A stretch of DNA of 64,000 nt from an uncultured delta proteobacterium (lineage in GTDB: Bacteria > Desulfobacterota > Syntrophia > Syntrophales > UBA2185): the NCBI GenBank assembly GCA_963695875.1, contig CAVOID010000004.1, positions 128,001 through 192,000 of the forward strand, in the 5' to 3' direction. Below the pieces are notes generated by a model, which saw only the letters and a program-made list of their open reading frames with translations, made no database searches and was not told where the DNA came from. The translations under genes and the position numbers were made by a program. This document shows, one piece after another, positions 43,422 through 53,727 of the stretch. Every line of letters begins with the position of its first letter. The first letter of the stretch is position 1.

Positions 43422-44068
43422 TGAAAAATCCGGATGCTTCAGGATGGTTCGCCTCGCACGCGAACATCCGCACTGACATTTACGTTACACTGGCCGCGCT
43501 TCTGGTAAGTCCACCCTCGGAAGAACAACTGAGTGTGTTACGACACCTGGAATGGGATGAGGATATGTCTGGAAGGATGCTCAAAGCTTTCGGGACGCTG
43601 CGCCTTGCCAGCCGCGACTATCAGCCCGACGTTGTGAGAGACGAATATAACAGGCTCTTCGTAGGCCTGGGATGCGGCGAAGTCATTCCATACGCATCGT
43701 GGTACAGGGAAAGAATGATTCAGTCCCTGCCATTGGCGTCCTTGCGGTCCGACTTGTTTCGCCTGGGCATTGTAAGGAAGGCGGACAATCATGATTCGGA
43801 AGATCATGTCGGCGCGCTCTGTGAAATAATGGCGCTTATCTCCGAGAAGCAGAATAATGTGCCCTACGAAACGCAGGCGGGATTCTTCGATCGGCATGTA
43901 GCATCGTGGATGATGGCCTTCTTCAAGGACTTGGAGTCCGCAAAGAGTGCCAGATTTTACCGCGTGGTCGGCTCACTCGGCGGCTGCTTTCTCGAATCCG
44001 AAAAAGAATACCTGAAATACGGGGCAAACGCCCAAGTACATACAAAAACAAGGAGGAACTCAAGATGA
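43409..44068 (+). CDS. TorD/DmsD-family molybdoenzyme chaperone
   Basis: EYNRLFVGLG, PYASWY, EDHVGALCE, FFDRHV. Confidence 0.9.
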   Translation: MESVMKNPDASGWFASHANIRTDIYVTLAALLVSPPSEEQLSVLRHLEWDEDMSGRMLKAFGTLRLASRDYQPDVVRDEYNRLFVGLGCGEVIPYASWYRERMIQSLPLASLRSDLFRLGIVRKADNHDSEDHVGALCEIMALISEKQNNVPYETQAGFFDRHVASWMMAFFKDLESAKSARFYRVVGSLGGCFLESEKEYLKYGANAQVHTKTRRNSR

Positions 44069-44262
44069 AAACGAAATTTACCGGTAGCCGACGGACATTT
44101 ATCAAGAGTGCAGCGATTCTTGCAGGATTTGCCGCATTGTTTGGCCGGGGCCGTCCGGTGGCAGCGACACCGACGCAACCTTTGGAGCAGAAGACTGAAT
44201 CCGGCCAGGGGTACCGATTAACGGAGCATGTGAAAAAGTATTACGAGACAGCAAGACTGTAG
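44065..44262 (+). CDS. Small Tat-signal FDH accessory protein
   Basis: SRRTFIK; GYRLTEHVKKYY. Confidence 0.8.
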   Translation: MKTKFTGSRRTFIKSAAILAGFAALFGRGRPVAATPTQPLEQKTESGQGYRLTEHVKKYYETARL

Positions 44263-44294
44263 CGGGCCGACTCTGTGTTATGGAGGTATGACAC

Positions 44295-47183
44295 ATGAAA
44301 AAATTCAATAAAAAGTGGTTGCAAAAGATATCTTCCGAACCTGCCTCTCCTAAATACATGGACCGGAGGACGTTTATGAAGGTAAGCGGCGCGGCGCTGG
44401 GAAGCGGCGCCCTGATAGGGCTTCTGCCGTTATCCTGCATGCGGCAGGCCACGGTGGAGGAAAAGAGAAATTTCCCGAGACCGGAACTGCAGTCGGAATA
44501 CCGGCGGACGATCTGCACCCACTGCTCTGTCGGATGCGGCATCATCGCTGAACTTCAGAACGGCGTGTGGGTCGGCCAGGAGCCGGACTACGAGTCGCCT
44601 TTCAATCTCGGCGGCCATTGCGCCAAAGGGGCAGCGGCCCGAAGCCACGGTTTCGGCCACAGGCGCGTGAAGTTTCCCATGAAACTTGTCAACGGCGCCT
44701 GGACGCGCCTCTCCTGGGACGAGGCCATCAACGAGATCGGCGACAAACTCTTAAAGATCCGTCAGGAATCGGGACCGGACGCGCTTTTCTTCTGCGGGTC
44801 CTCCAAGGCAAGCAACGAGGGGGCCTATCTCCAGGGGAAATTCGCCGCCCTGTGGGGCACGAACAACGTGGACAACCAGGCGCGTATCTGCCATTCCACC
44901 ACCGTGGACGGCGTGGCAAACACCTGGGGCTACGGCGCCATGACCAATTCTTACAACGACATGCGAAACAGCAAGGCCATGCTGTTTCTTGGCAGCAATG
45001 CAGCCGAGGCCCACCCGGTGGCCATGCAGCAAATTCTCCGCGCCAAGGAGGGCGGATCGAAGATGATTGTCGTGGACCCCCGCTTCACCCGCACGGCGGC
45101 CCACGCAGACATTTACGCGAGGATCCGCTCCGGAACCGATATCCCCTTCATTTACGGTCTGCTCTGGCACATCTTCAAGAACGGATGGGAAGACAAGGAC
45201 TATATCGCAAGGCGGGTGTACGCCATGGACGACATCCGCAAGGAAGTGGAGAAATGGCCACCCGAAGAGGTTGAAAACGTCACCGGCATTCCTAAAGACA
45301 AGGTATATGAGATCGCCATGACCATGGCGAAAAACCGGCCGAGCACCATCGTCTGGTGCATGGGCGTTACCCAGCATCATATAGCCAGTCATACAGTGCG
45401 GCTGTTCTGTATCTTGCAGCTTGCCCTGGGGAACATCGGTATGTCAGGCGGCGGCGCCAATATCTTCCGCGGTCATGACAACGTCCAGGGGGCAACCGAC
45501 GTGGGGCCCAATTGCCACACTCTTTCGTGCTACTACGGCCTTGCCGAAGGCTCTTGGAAACACTGGGCCGAAGTTTGGGGCGTCGATTACGAATGGATTA
45601 AATCCCGCTTCGACATGAGCCGGCAATACGACGCGGGCGGGGGGAAAATGGCGTACACCATGAACATCCCCGGCATACCCGTTTCGCGCTGGATCGACGG
45701 TGTGATGGAGGACAAGAATAACCTCTCGCAGAAAGACAATATCCGCGCAGTTTTCTTCCAGGGCCATGCCTGCAACAGCCAGACGCGTGGGGTGCAGATG
45801 AAACAGGCGCTCGAAAAGCTGGATATGCTCGTGATCTCCGATCCCCATCCGACCCATATGGCCGTGATGAGCGACCGCAAGAACGACACCTATCTGCTGC
45901 CCACCGCGACCCAGTATGAGACCTACGGTACGGCCACTGCATCGAACCGAGCCCTGCAATGGCGCGACAAGATCATCGAACCGCTCTATGAATCCCTGCC
46001 GGACCATACCATTTTGTACAAGCTGGCAAGGAAGCTGGGCTTCGAAAAGGAGATGTTCAAGAACATCAAGGTCACGAATGACGAGCCTCTCATCGAAGAC
46101 GTCCTGCGCGAAATCAACCGTGGCGCCTGGACGATCGGATATACGGGACAGAGCCCGGAGCGCCTCAAACTGCACGCACAACACCGGGGCACCTTCAATC
46201 CCCTCACCTTGAAGGCCGAGGGCGGTCCCTGCAAGGGCGACTATTACGGTCTGCCCTGGCCCTGCTGGGGCAAACCGGAGATGAAGCATCCGGGTACCCC
46301 CATATTGTACGACCCCAGCAAACCCGTGGCGGAAGGCGGTCTGGTCTTTCGGGCTGCGTGGGGAACAGACTACAACGGTCAAAGCCTGCTGGCCGACGGC
46401 GTCTATTCAAAGGGCTCGGCTATCAAGGACGGCTATCCGGAATTTACTTCTGACATCCTCAAGAAGCTCGGCTGGTGGGATGAGCTGACGCCGGAGGAGA
46501 AGAAGGCGGCCGAGGGGAGAAACTGGAAGACGGATCTTTCGGGAGGCATCCAGCGGGTAGTCATCAAACACGGATGCGCTCCTTTCGGCAACGGCAGGGC
46601 CCGTTGCAACGTCTGGACATATCCCGATCCCATTCCCCTCCATCGCGAGCCGCTGTACACGCCCCGATTCGACCTGGTGAAGAAATATCCGACCTATCCG
46701 GACCGCAAGGCGTACTGGCGGCTGCCCACCCGCTACCAGTCGATTCAGTCGGTAAACCACAGCGCAAAATATCCTCTGATTTTCACGAGCGGCCGTCTGG
46801 TCGAATACGAAGGCGGCGGCGAGGAGGAGCGCTCCGATCCGTGGCTGGCCAAACTTCGGCCGGAGATGTTCGCCGAAATCAACCCCAAAGATGCGGCTGA
46901 TGCCGGTATTTTCGACGGCAGGTACATCTGGCTGGAAGGCGCCGAGGGCGGCAGGATCAAGGTGCGCGCCCTGGTCACCAAACGAGTGGGTCCCGGCACA
47001 GTCTTCACACCCTTCCATTTCGGCGGCTGGTTCCAGGGCAAGGATCTCTACGACCGCTACCCGGAAGGGACAGCCCCGTATGTTCGGGGCGAGGCATGCA
47101 ATACCGCCACCACCTACGGATACGATTCTGTGACCCAGATGCAGGAAACCAAAGCAACGCTCTGCCGGATAACGCCGGCATAA
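44295..47183 (+). CDS. fdhA: Formate dehydrogenase alpha subunit (Tat, Cys-ligated Mo/W-bisPGD)
   Basis: DRRTFMK, CTHCSVGC...HCAKG, ARICHSTT, RGHDNVQG, TQMQETK. Confidence 0.94.
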   Translation: MKKFNKKWLQKISSEPASPKYMDRRTFMKVSGAALGSGALIGLLPLSCMRQATVEEKRNFPRPELQSEYRRTICTHCSVGCGIIAELQNGVWVGQEPDYESPFNLGGHCAKGAAARSHGFGHRRVKFPMKLVNGAWTRLSWDEAINEIGDKLLKIRQESGPDALFFCGSSKASNEGAYLQGKFAALWGTNNVDNQARICHSTTVDGVANTWGYGAMTNSYNDMRNSKAMLFLGSNAAEAHPVAMQQILRAKEGGSKMIVVDPRFTRTAAHADIYARIRSGTDIPFIYGLLWHIFKNGWEDKDYIARRVYAMDDIRKEVEKWPPEEVENVTGIPKDKVYEIAMTMAKNRPSTIVWCMGVTQHHIASHTVRLFCILQLALGNIGMSGGGANIFRGHDNVQGATDVGPNCHTLSCYYGLAEGSWKHWAEVWGVDYEWIKSRFDMSRQYDAGGGKMAYTMNIPGIPVSRWIDGVMEDKNNLSQKDNIRAVFFQGHACNSQTRGVQMKQALEKLDMLVISDPHPTHMAVMSDRKNDTYLLPTATQYETYGTATASNRALQWRDKIIEPLYESLPDHTILYKLARKLGFEKEMFKNIKVTNDEPLIEDVLREINRGAWTIGYTGQSPERLKLHAQHRGTFNPLTLKAEGGPCKGDYYGLPWPCWGKPEMKHPGTPILYDPSKPVAEGGLVFRAAWGTDYNGQSLLADGVYSKGSAIKDGYPEFTSDILKKLGWWDELTPEEKKAAEGRNWKTDLSGGIQRVVIKHGCAPFGNGRARCNVWTYPDPIPLHREPLYTPRFDLVKKYPTYPDRKAYWRLPTRYQSIQSVNHSAKYPLIFTSGRLVEYEGGGEEERSDPWLAKLRPEMFAEINPKDAADAGIFDGRYIWLEGAEGGRIKVRALVTKRVGPGTVFTPFHFGGWFQGKDLYDRYPEGTAPYVRGEACNTATTYGYDSVTQMQETKATLCRITPA

Positions 47184-47198
47184 AGAAGGAGGCGAATC

Positions 47199-47808
47199 AT
47201 GGCAAGGATGAAATTTCTCTGTGACACCGAACGCTGCATTGATTGCAATGCTTGCGTGACGGCGTGCAATAATGAACACGATGTCCCCTGGGGCATCAAC
47301 CGTCGGCACGTGGTAACCCTGAATGACGGCGAGAGCGGTGAAAAGTCCATTTCCGTGGCCTGCATGCACTGCACGGATGCACCGTGTGCGGCCGTCTGTC
47401 CCGTCGATTGTTTCTACTCTACCCCTGACGGCATCGTGCTGCACGACAAGGACCTGTGCATCGGCTGCGGCTATTGCTTCTACGCCTGTCCGTTCGGCGC
47501 ACCGCAGTTCCCGGAAGAGAACTCCTTCGCTGCCCGCGGCAAGATGGACAAGTGCACCTTCTGCGCTGGTGGGCCTTTGCCGGACAGGTCTGTCGAAGAA
47601 TACAAGCTGTACGGACGCAACCGGATTGCCGAGGGCAAACTGCCTCTGTGCGCGGAGATGTGCGCCACCAAGGCCCTCCTGGGCGGAGACGGCGATGTCG
47701 TTTCCGACATCTACATCCAGCGCGTGATCAAGCGGGGCGGCAGGCCTGATACCTGGGGATGGGGTACGGCTTACAATTTCAAGTCCGAGAAGGAGAAGAA
47801 GTCCATGA
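47199..47808 (+). CDS. fdhB: Formate dehydrogenase beta (Fe-S) subunit; reads through into the next gene
   Basis: CIDCNAC, CMHC..APC...CP, CIGCGYC, KCTFC, CAEMC. Confidence 0.9.
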
Positions 47809-47993
47809 AACGCATCTTGTTTATGTTGACTGCATTAGCCGTTCTTGCGGGGCTTGTCGGATGTTCTTCCGAGCCCCGGAACGTAACCATGCACGAGCCC
47901 GGAGTTTACAAGGGCGCGAAGGATCCCCTGCTGGCATTAAAGAATCAGCAGGAGTTGATCGATCGCCTCAAGCTGGTGCAAACCGATCGCTGA
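47805..47993 (+). CDS. Small lipoprotein of the FDH operon
   Basis: Own RBS AAGGAG; lipobox LVGC; GVYKG..D, QTDR. Confidence 0.7.
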   Translation: MKRILFMLTALAVLAGLVGCSSEPRNVTMHEPGVYKGAKDPLLALKNQQELIDRLKLVQTDR

Positions 47994-48008
47994 TCAGAGG
48001 AGGAGTTT

Positions 48009-49013
48009 ATGGCAACGCAAACCATAAAACGGACCGTCGGCTTATTTGTTCTGGGCACGCTGCTTCTTCTCCTGATGAGCGGGATTCTTTACTGGCAGGC
48101 CATCGGCGCCGATGTCAGCAATCCGCGGGCCAACTTCTGGCGCGTGGTCAGGGAAGGTATTCCCGGGATTCACGAAGGTTTCAACCGCCGGCCATAAGAT
48201 CTTGATCCTGAACGGCGGTGAGAACTGGCGCGAGATTCGCAACAGCTTCCTCATGCGCGTTCTCCCAGTGGATCATCACCATGGCACTGGTGGTCATGGG
48301 CCTGTTCTACATGCGTGTTGGTCAGGACAAACTGGAGAAACCGCGGTCCGGGGTGAAGATTGAGCGCTATCACCCGTGGGAGCGGATTCTGCACTGGTAT
48401 ACAGCCGTGCTGTTCGTAATCATGGCCATCACCGGGCTGAGCCTTCTCCTGGGGCGGACTCACTCTGATACCGAGTTTTTGGCCACTCGGCCGATCTCGG
48501 TGTACCTGCAGGCGTCAAAGGTGCTGCACAATTATTGCGGGCCCCTGCTTCTCGTCGGAATCTTTTTGGAATTCATTATCTGGGTTCGCTACAACATCCC
48601 CAAGAAGATGGATCTGGACTGGTTTAAGAACATGGGCGGCCTGCTCGGCAGTGGACCCCGGCCCCATACGGGTAAGGTCAATGGCGGCGAGAAGGGATGG
48701 TTCTGGCTTATGGCCATTTTCGGGATCGCTGTGGGGGTGACCGGCGTACTGCTTGATTTCCCCATCTGGGGGCAGACCCGCTTCACCATGCAGATCTCCC
48801 ACGTCGATTCACGCCTCGATGGCGGTACTGTTCGTCACCGTCTCCTTCGGCCATATTTACATGGGAACCTGGGCGTCGAGGGCGTCTTTGAGGGCATGTG
48901 GACCGGTTACGTCGATGCCGGTCTGGGCTCAGCAGCACAGCGACCTGTGGTATGAAGAAAAGATGCGGGAGAAGGGAGAAAAACCTGCTTCCTTCCCGGA
49001 GGCTTCATCATGA
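48009..49013 (+). CDS. fdhC: Formate dehydrogenase gamma (cytochrome b) subunit; several frameshifts
   Basis: GENWREIRN, ERILHW, VLHNY, GKVNGGEK.WFW, GHIYMG, WAQQH.DLWY. Confidence 0.88.
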
Positions 49014-49675
49014 CTATGGAATTTGGACTCCTGTTACTCGAATCCGTGCTGTTAGTTGCTACTGTCATACTGCTGGTCTACGGCATTCACGAGGGAAAGC
49101 GAAGAGACGACCTGCTCAGGGAAGTCGGAAGGGCTACGAAGGTCCTCACGCGGCAGGAATACTTCTTCTCCATCATGAACGCGATGCTTGATGCGAAACA
49201 GGAAATAATCGGATGCATTACCGGCACACCTCCGTCAGGTGATGATATGAAGATGACAAGACATATTGCCGATGCTATCGAGGACATGACCAGAAAAGGG
49301 GTGAGCATCAAGTACCTTCTACCGAAGTTCCCTGACCGGCTGCAGATCGGTGTTCAATATACGAAAGCGGGAGCTGAGGTCCGCTTCAGCAGTTGTCTCA
49401 TGGTCCATAGTATCCGTTATATTGTTGTTGATGAGAAAATTGTGGTGATTGGCATTCCGGAAAGTGTAGGTGAAAGGGAAGCGACGAAAAAGGGATATAC
49501 GATACCATCCGAGGGACTCGCTGTTGTCCTGAAGAATTATTTTAATGATTGTGAAAAACAGACGAGTCTGAAAGAATATCTGTCGGAAGTAATCGAGCAG
49601 ACCGGTGCGACAGTCGAACATCTGGCAAGGGAGTTCCATTTGGATGAAAAGGAACTGAAGAAACTTCTTCAATGA
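49010..49675 (+). CDS. Hypothetical protein: N-terminal TM helix plus TrmB/PLD-like domain
   Basis: DAKQEI, RKGVSIKYL, HSIRYIVVDEK; ATG overlaps the fdhC stop. Confidence 0.55.
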   Translation: MTMEFGLLLLESVLLVATVILLVYGIHEGKRRDDLLREVGRATKVLTRQEYFFSIMNAMLDAKQEIIGCITGTPPSGDDMKMTRHIADAIEDMTRKGVSIKYLLPKFPDRLQIGVQYTKAGAEVRFSSCLMVHSIRYIVVDEKIVVIGIPESVGEREATKKGYTIPSEGLAVVLKNYFNDCEKQTSLKEYLSEVIEQTGATVEHLAREFHLDEKELKKLLQ

Positions 49676-49812
49676 GAAAATCATGCGTCGCAGTGAGCCT
49701 CCATTAATATTCATAACAGATCATACGGCCCACTAGGAATTCCAAATAAAACCATACGCAATAAATTGCGGCTTGCGAGAAGCCGCAAATTCCTTGATTG
49801 GAGAGTGCGCTT

Positions 49813-50202
49813 ATGAATTGGCTCGAAAAGTACGCGGACCACGCTTACGCCATGTTGCGCATCATGGCGGGATTCATGTTCTCGTTCCACGGTGCCCAGA
49901 AAATTCTGGGGGTGCTTTCCGAATTCCAACCACCGGTGGGGTCCCAACTCTGGATCGGCGGAATCATCGAACTCTTGGGTGGGCTGGCGGTGATGCTTGG
50001 ATTTAAAGCGCACGTGGCGGCTTTTCTCTGCAGCGGCATGATGGCCGTGGCTTATTTCCAATTCCACTGGAAGTTCCAAATCGGACCCAATTTCTTTCCG
50101 GCAATTAACAAAGGCGAGTTGGCCGTTCTCTACTGTTTTGTTTTCCTCTACATTGCCTGTCGAGGCGGGGTGAAATGGAGCCTGGACAAAAAGGACCAAT
50201 AA
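49813..50202 (+). CDS. DoxX family membrane protein
   Basis: LRIMAG.MFSFHGAQK, GIIELLGG, MAVAYF, NKGELAVLY. Confidence 0.9.
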   Translation: MNWLEKYADHAYAMLRIMAGFMFSFHGAQKILGVLSEFQPPVGSQLWIGGIIELLGGLAVMLGFKAHVAAFLCSGMMAVAYFQFHWKFQIGPNFFPAINKGELAVLYCFVFLYIACRGGVKWSLDKKDQ

Positions 50203-50677
50203 CTTATAAAAACAACTTGCATCACTTTTACCTCGTTCTTCCCGTTATTTACAAGTCTAGAGGTAATGAAGTTATCCAAGCTTTCTCCTGTAATGATCAC
50301 CTCTATCGAGACCCTGAATATTCCTGGGATGGCTGCATTCAGTCATAACGCTTCATGGACAATTGGTCTGTCTGAATTGTGCATGAATTGTGATCTAAAA
50401 GGTCTTTATGATGGCCAATCGACTAAAAGTGATTTCATTTATCAATAGGACAGTTGTTCTGATACATCCCTTTGATGATCACCAGAATCAGACTTCACAT
50501 TTTGCGATAATTTTTCCATTGACACACAAGACCGTTTTTCTTATACTATGTCCATGAAAAAGGAAGTTTTTATCAAAAAACAAAATCAAATTTTCAATGG
50601 CAATCCAACACATCATTTTGATATAATCTTAAACTCGAAATCGGGTGGGTAAAAATAATAAGGCTAAGGAGGAAAGT

Positions 50678-51163
50678 ATGAAAAAGGTAACAATATGGAT
50701 TGTGGTCGTAGCAGCGACTTTAATGTTGAATATGATGTTTGCGCAAACATCATTTGCTCAGGCATCGCAGGCGGCAGGGTCCAACGTATCAAGGGGTGCC
50801 TGGAGTTTGGGAGTTCCAGGATTTGATGTCTTCACAGGATTTACGGGACTGGAAGCGATAGTGGTCGAACCTGGTACGGTAAAGAAAATTGAGCCGATGG
50901 CCGGTGTGAAAGACGGTCTGCAGATGAAATTTGTGACAGATCAGGGCAACAACTATGTCGTCTATATGGGACCCAAGTGGTTCATTGAAAATCAGAAGAT
51001 TAAATTTATGGCCGGCGACAAGGTTGAAGTAAGGGGTAAGAAGTATGGTAGCGGTATCATTGCCTCGGAAATAAGCAAAGGCGATTGGACCATGAAACTT
51101 CGCAACGAGGAAGATGGTATGCCAAGTTGGGAATGCTGCTTCCCCCGATCAGTAAAAAAATAA
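50678..51163 (+). CDS. Secreted OB-fold-like hypothetical protein
   Basis: Signal peptide; VYMGPKWF, GDKVEVRG, LRNEEDG.P.W. Confidence 0.65.
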   Translation: MKKVTIWIVVVAATLMLNMMFAQTSFAQASQAAGSNVSRGAWSLGVPGFDVFTGFTGLEAIVVEPGTVKKIEPMAGVKDGLQMKFVTDQGNNYVVYMGPKWFIENQKIKFMAGDKVEVRGKKYGSGIIASEISKGDWTMKLRNEEDGMPSWECCFPRSVKK

Positions 51164-51297
51164 TAAACAAGCGACCCACGACCCACCCAATTTTTGAGCT
51201 GGCTCAATGTATTATAATAAAGGAGTTTTAGACATACTAATTGTAAAATATTTTACCCCGTAAGAATAATGAGGTTGATGATGTTGTATTCTCTGCA

Positions 51298-51396
51298 GCT
51301 GATAATGTTTCAAGTATCACAGTGCAGGAACTGAAGGTTAAGATGGATAAAGGTGAGGAACTGGTGATTCTTGATATCCGGGCGGCGCTTTTCTAA
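51298..51396 (+). pseudogene. Rhodanese-domain N-terminal fragment
   Basis: ITVQELKVKMDKGEELVILDIR then stop. Confidence 0.55.
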
Positions 51397-51733
51397 AGCG
51401 CACCCTGATGATTTCAAGTACATGAAATATATGCGACACCTCTCACGCCGGAAACTCGGGTTCAAGTCCACTTGGCACTACCAAAAATCTCTGGGCTTGC
51501 ATAAATAAAATCCCTTCCTGCCGACAATGTCTATTTAAGTCCTGACCGAATCTTCGACTTTACTTGCTGCTGCTTGCGATCAATAAATAGTTGGCATCAG
51601 CAATTACGATTTGAAATGCATAATACGGATACAATTCTTGCGTGTTGAAATATATTGAGATGTTAATAACACTAAAACTGTATACCTAGGCCCGCGGCGC
51701 AGGGAAAATCCTGCCGGACTCTTCCCTGTGAGA

Positions 51734-51928
51734 TTACTGAGGGACATCCACTTTATCTTTGCGGTAAAACTCCGTCAGGAACTCAGCTTCTTTTGGAGAA
51801 AGGTCAAAACGTGAGACCGCATTGTTGACAAGCTTCTGAAGAGACTTGTTCGGATCTTCCTGCAATTCGCCAGAGATCCATTTGACGGCTTTTCGAATAG
51901 CTTCTCCTTCTGGCATAATCGTGGTCAT
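51734..51928 (-). CDS. Small hypothetical protein
   Basis: RBS; IMPEGEAIRKAVKWIS...FDLSPKEAEFL. Confidence 0.7.
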   Translation of the reverse strand: MTTIMPEGEAIRKAVKWISGELQEDPNKSLQKLVNNAVSRFDLSPKEAEFLTEFYRKDKVDVPQ

Positions 51929-52038
51929 ATCTATACGCTCCTGTACTCTACAAAACAAGAAAGGGTGGAGAACCACTCCAACCCTCTCTTGTAGTATATA
52001 GCTGTCTATTTATGAGTCATTCCATCGAAGTTAAAATT

Positions 52039-52308
52039 TTACTTCACGGCATCTTTTAATGCCTTACCAGCCGTAAACTTGGGGACCTTTTTGGCCGCGA
52101 TCTTGATCGGTTTGCCGGTCTGAGGATTTCTTCCTGTTCTGGCAGATCTTTTTGAGACAGAGAAAGTCCCGAAACCGACGAGGGTTACCTTGTTTCCCTT
52201 TTTAAGCGATTTCTTGATCGCATCAAGGAAGGCACTTACAGCCTTTCCAGCCTCTACCTTGCTGCAGGTAATTTTTGCAACCTCATTGACGATATCATCT
52301 TTGTTCAT
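52039..52308 (-). CDS. hup: DNA-binding protein HU
   Basis: MNKDDIV, LVGFGTF, GRNPQTG, PKFTAGKALK. Confidence 0.96.
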   Translation of the reverse strand: MNKDDIVNEVAKITCSKVEAGKAVSAFLDAIKKSLKKGNKVTLVGFGTFSVSKRSARTGRNPQTGKPIKIAAKKVPKFTAGKALKDAVK

Positions 52309-52638
52309 CCCATCATCCTCCCTTTTTTAGTGTTAATCTTGATCCGCCAAAGGCGGTAACTTCGATCCCTTAATCAATAAGACTGTATCTATATAAATTT
52401 TGAGCTTTAAAAAAGCAACATTTAAATTTAATTTTTTTAAAATTTTTTTAAATCCTTTTAATAAAGTTTCATAAATAGATCGGTTTGATAATTTACCTCG
52501 TCGATACGCGCCGTAATAGATGACTCCGCAGATCGGTTAAATAGGATTTTTGCGTCCAGAACTCTGTCGCGGGCAGTTTTTTCAATTGACTCTTATCGCG
52601 TTGACAACAGAGAAATAGTATTTATTGGGTTCTCTATG

Positions 52639-53163
52639 CTACTTCAAAAAATAGGTTTGTGTGGGATGCATGAGGTGACGCCTGCCGGAGGGCGCCTCGC
52701 GTGTTGTGCAATTGCGGCGGTCAAGATGCCTTAAACCAATTGAATCGAAGAGTATGATTCGCTTTTTGGTAATCTTATGTGCGATAGTCCAGTGATCATG
52801 TTCACCACCGAGACTGAGTAGAATGACCCGCTTCTCCCCTTGCGTCCGTCCCTCATCAAGAAACCTTTTCATCTCTGTCCAGAATTGGCCGATCTTCACA
52901 TTTGGTTGCTTCTGGAATGGGATTGATCGGTTCATTCTATCACCGATAACATCCTTGAATATGCTCCCCATTACCGTTACACTGATTCCCGATATGAGAG
53001 AAACAGCAAAACTCTTACTGTCTTCAAGGTAGTACACAATCTGTGCAAAGAGTTCCTTTGATTCATCATTATTAAGGCCCCTGATGATTCGCATGGCGTT
53101 GACAATGCTGTATATTCCACACAATGAACTAAGTGCGCCTTGTTCATAAGGCTTGAGTTTCAT
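52639..53163 (-). CDS. Hypothetical protein with a papain-like Cys-His-Asp arrangement
   Basis: YEQG...LCGIYSIVNA, HDHWTI, ILFDS. Confidence 0.55.
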   Translation of the reverse strand: MKLKPYEQGALSSLCGIYSIVNAMRIIRGLNNDESKELFAQIVYYLEDSKSFAVSLISGISVTVMGSIFKDVIGDRMNRSIPFQKQPNVKIGQFWTEMKRFLDEGRTQGEKRVILLSLGGEHDHWTIAHKITKKRIILFDSIGLRHLDRRNCTTREAPSGRRHLMHPTQTYFLK

Positions 53164-53319
53164 TAATCATTCCTCAAAAAATAATTGTGAGAGTTTTATA
53201 ATTATACCACATTATTATTTTACATTGCGAAATGCTTTTCAATCTTCTCAGGATAAGACATAATAGTTCGAAGCATCATAAGAAGATGGTTTAAAGTTCT
53301 TTTGAATGTTCTGATTCTT

Positions 53320-53685
53320 TTAACTGTCGATTTTATCTGAAGGTTTTTTTCGTTGATGCGGTGTGAGATGATTAGTTCCATATCTGGTATAGTGAGCGTA
53401 ATCTTTCAGCCACAGTTCAATGATTTCTTTCAGTTCATTTACGGCGTCCATGTATTCGCCTGTTACATCTTCTTTCACCACTTTATCTAATACGATGGAA
53501 ACGTCCTGAATGAAATCCCTCGATCTGTCACGGTATAAATAATTCCTAATTTCCGACATTTCGGTTTCTATATCGTTCAATCTCTTGTTTATCTGATGTT
53601 GTTGTTCACTCAGATTGCCAAATTCATTCCTTAAAGTTGAAAATCTCTTAATCATTTCCTTTAGCTTATCGTCGTTCTGTAACAT
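53320..53685 (-). CDS. Hypothetical coiled-coil protein
   Basis: Heptad-like charged ORF; start uncertain. Confidence 0.5.
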   Translation of the reverse strand: MLQNDDKLKEMIKRFSTLRNEFGNLSEQQHQINKRLNDIETEMSEIRNYLYRDRSRDFIQDVSIVLDKVVKEDVTGEYMDAVNELKEIIELWLKDYAHYTRYGTNHLTPHQRKKPSDKIDS

Positions 53686-53727
53686 ATTAAAATTTCCTTT
53701 GTTTTTTTCACACACTCTTGAGAAATA

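Larger units (their letters stand above)
34369..51469. mobile_element. Genomic island at tRNA-Glu bounded by 31-bp direct repeats; no integrase seen
   Basis: CCTCTCACGCCGGAAACTCGGGTTCAAGTCC at 34369-34399 and 51439-51469. Confidence 0.75.

Noticed and set aside
44295..47183. Selenocysteine-containing FDH
   Set aside because: Active-site residue is Cys (ARICH) and there is no in-frame TGA
373..49013. Widespread frameshifts as mass pseudogenisation or programmed frameshifting
   Set aside because: They hit essential genes such as leuS, are single-base indels without accompanying nonsense decay, and fit long-read consensus error; read polishing is needed to confirm
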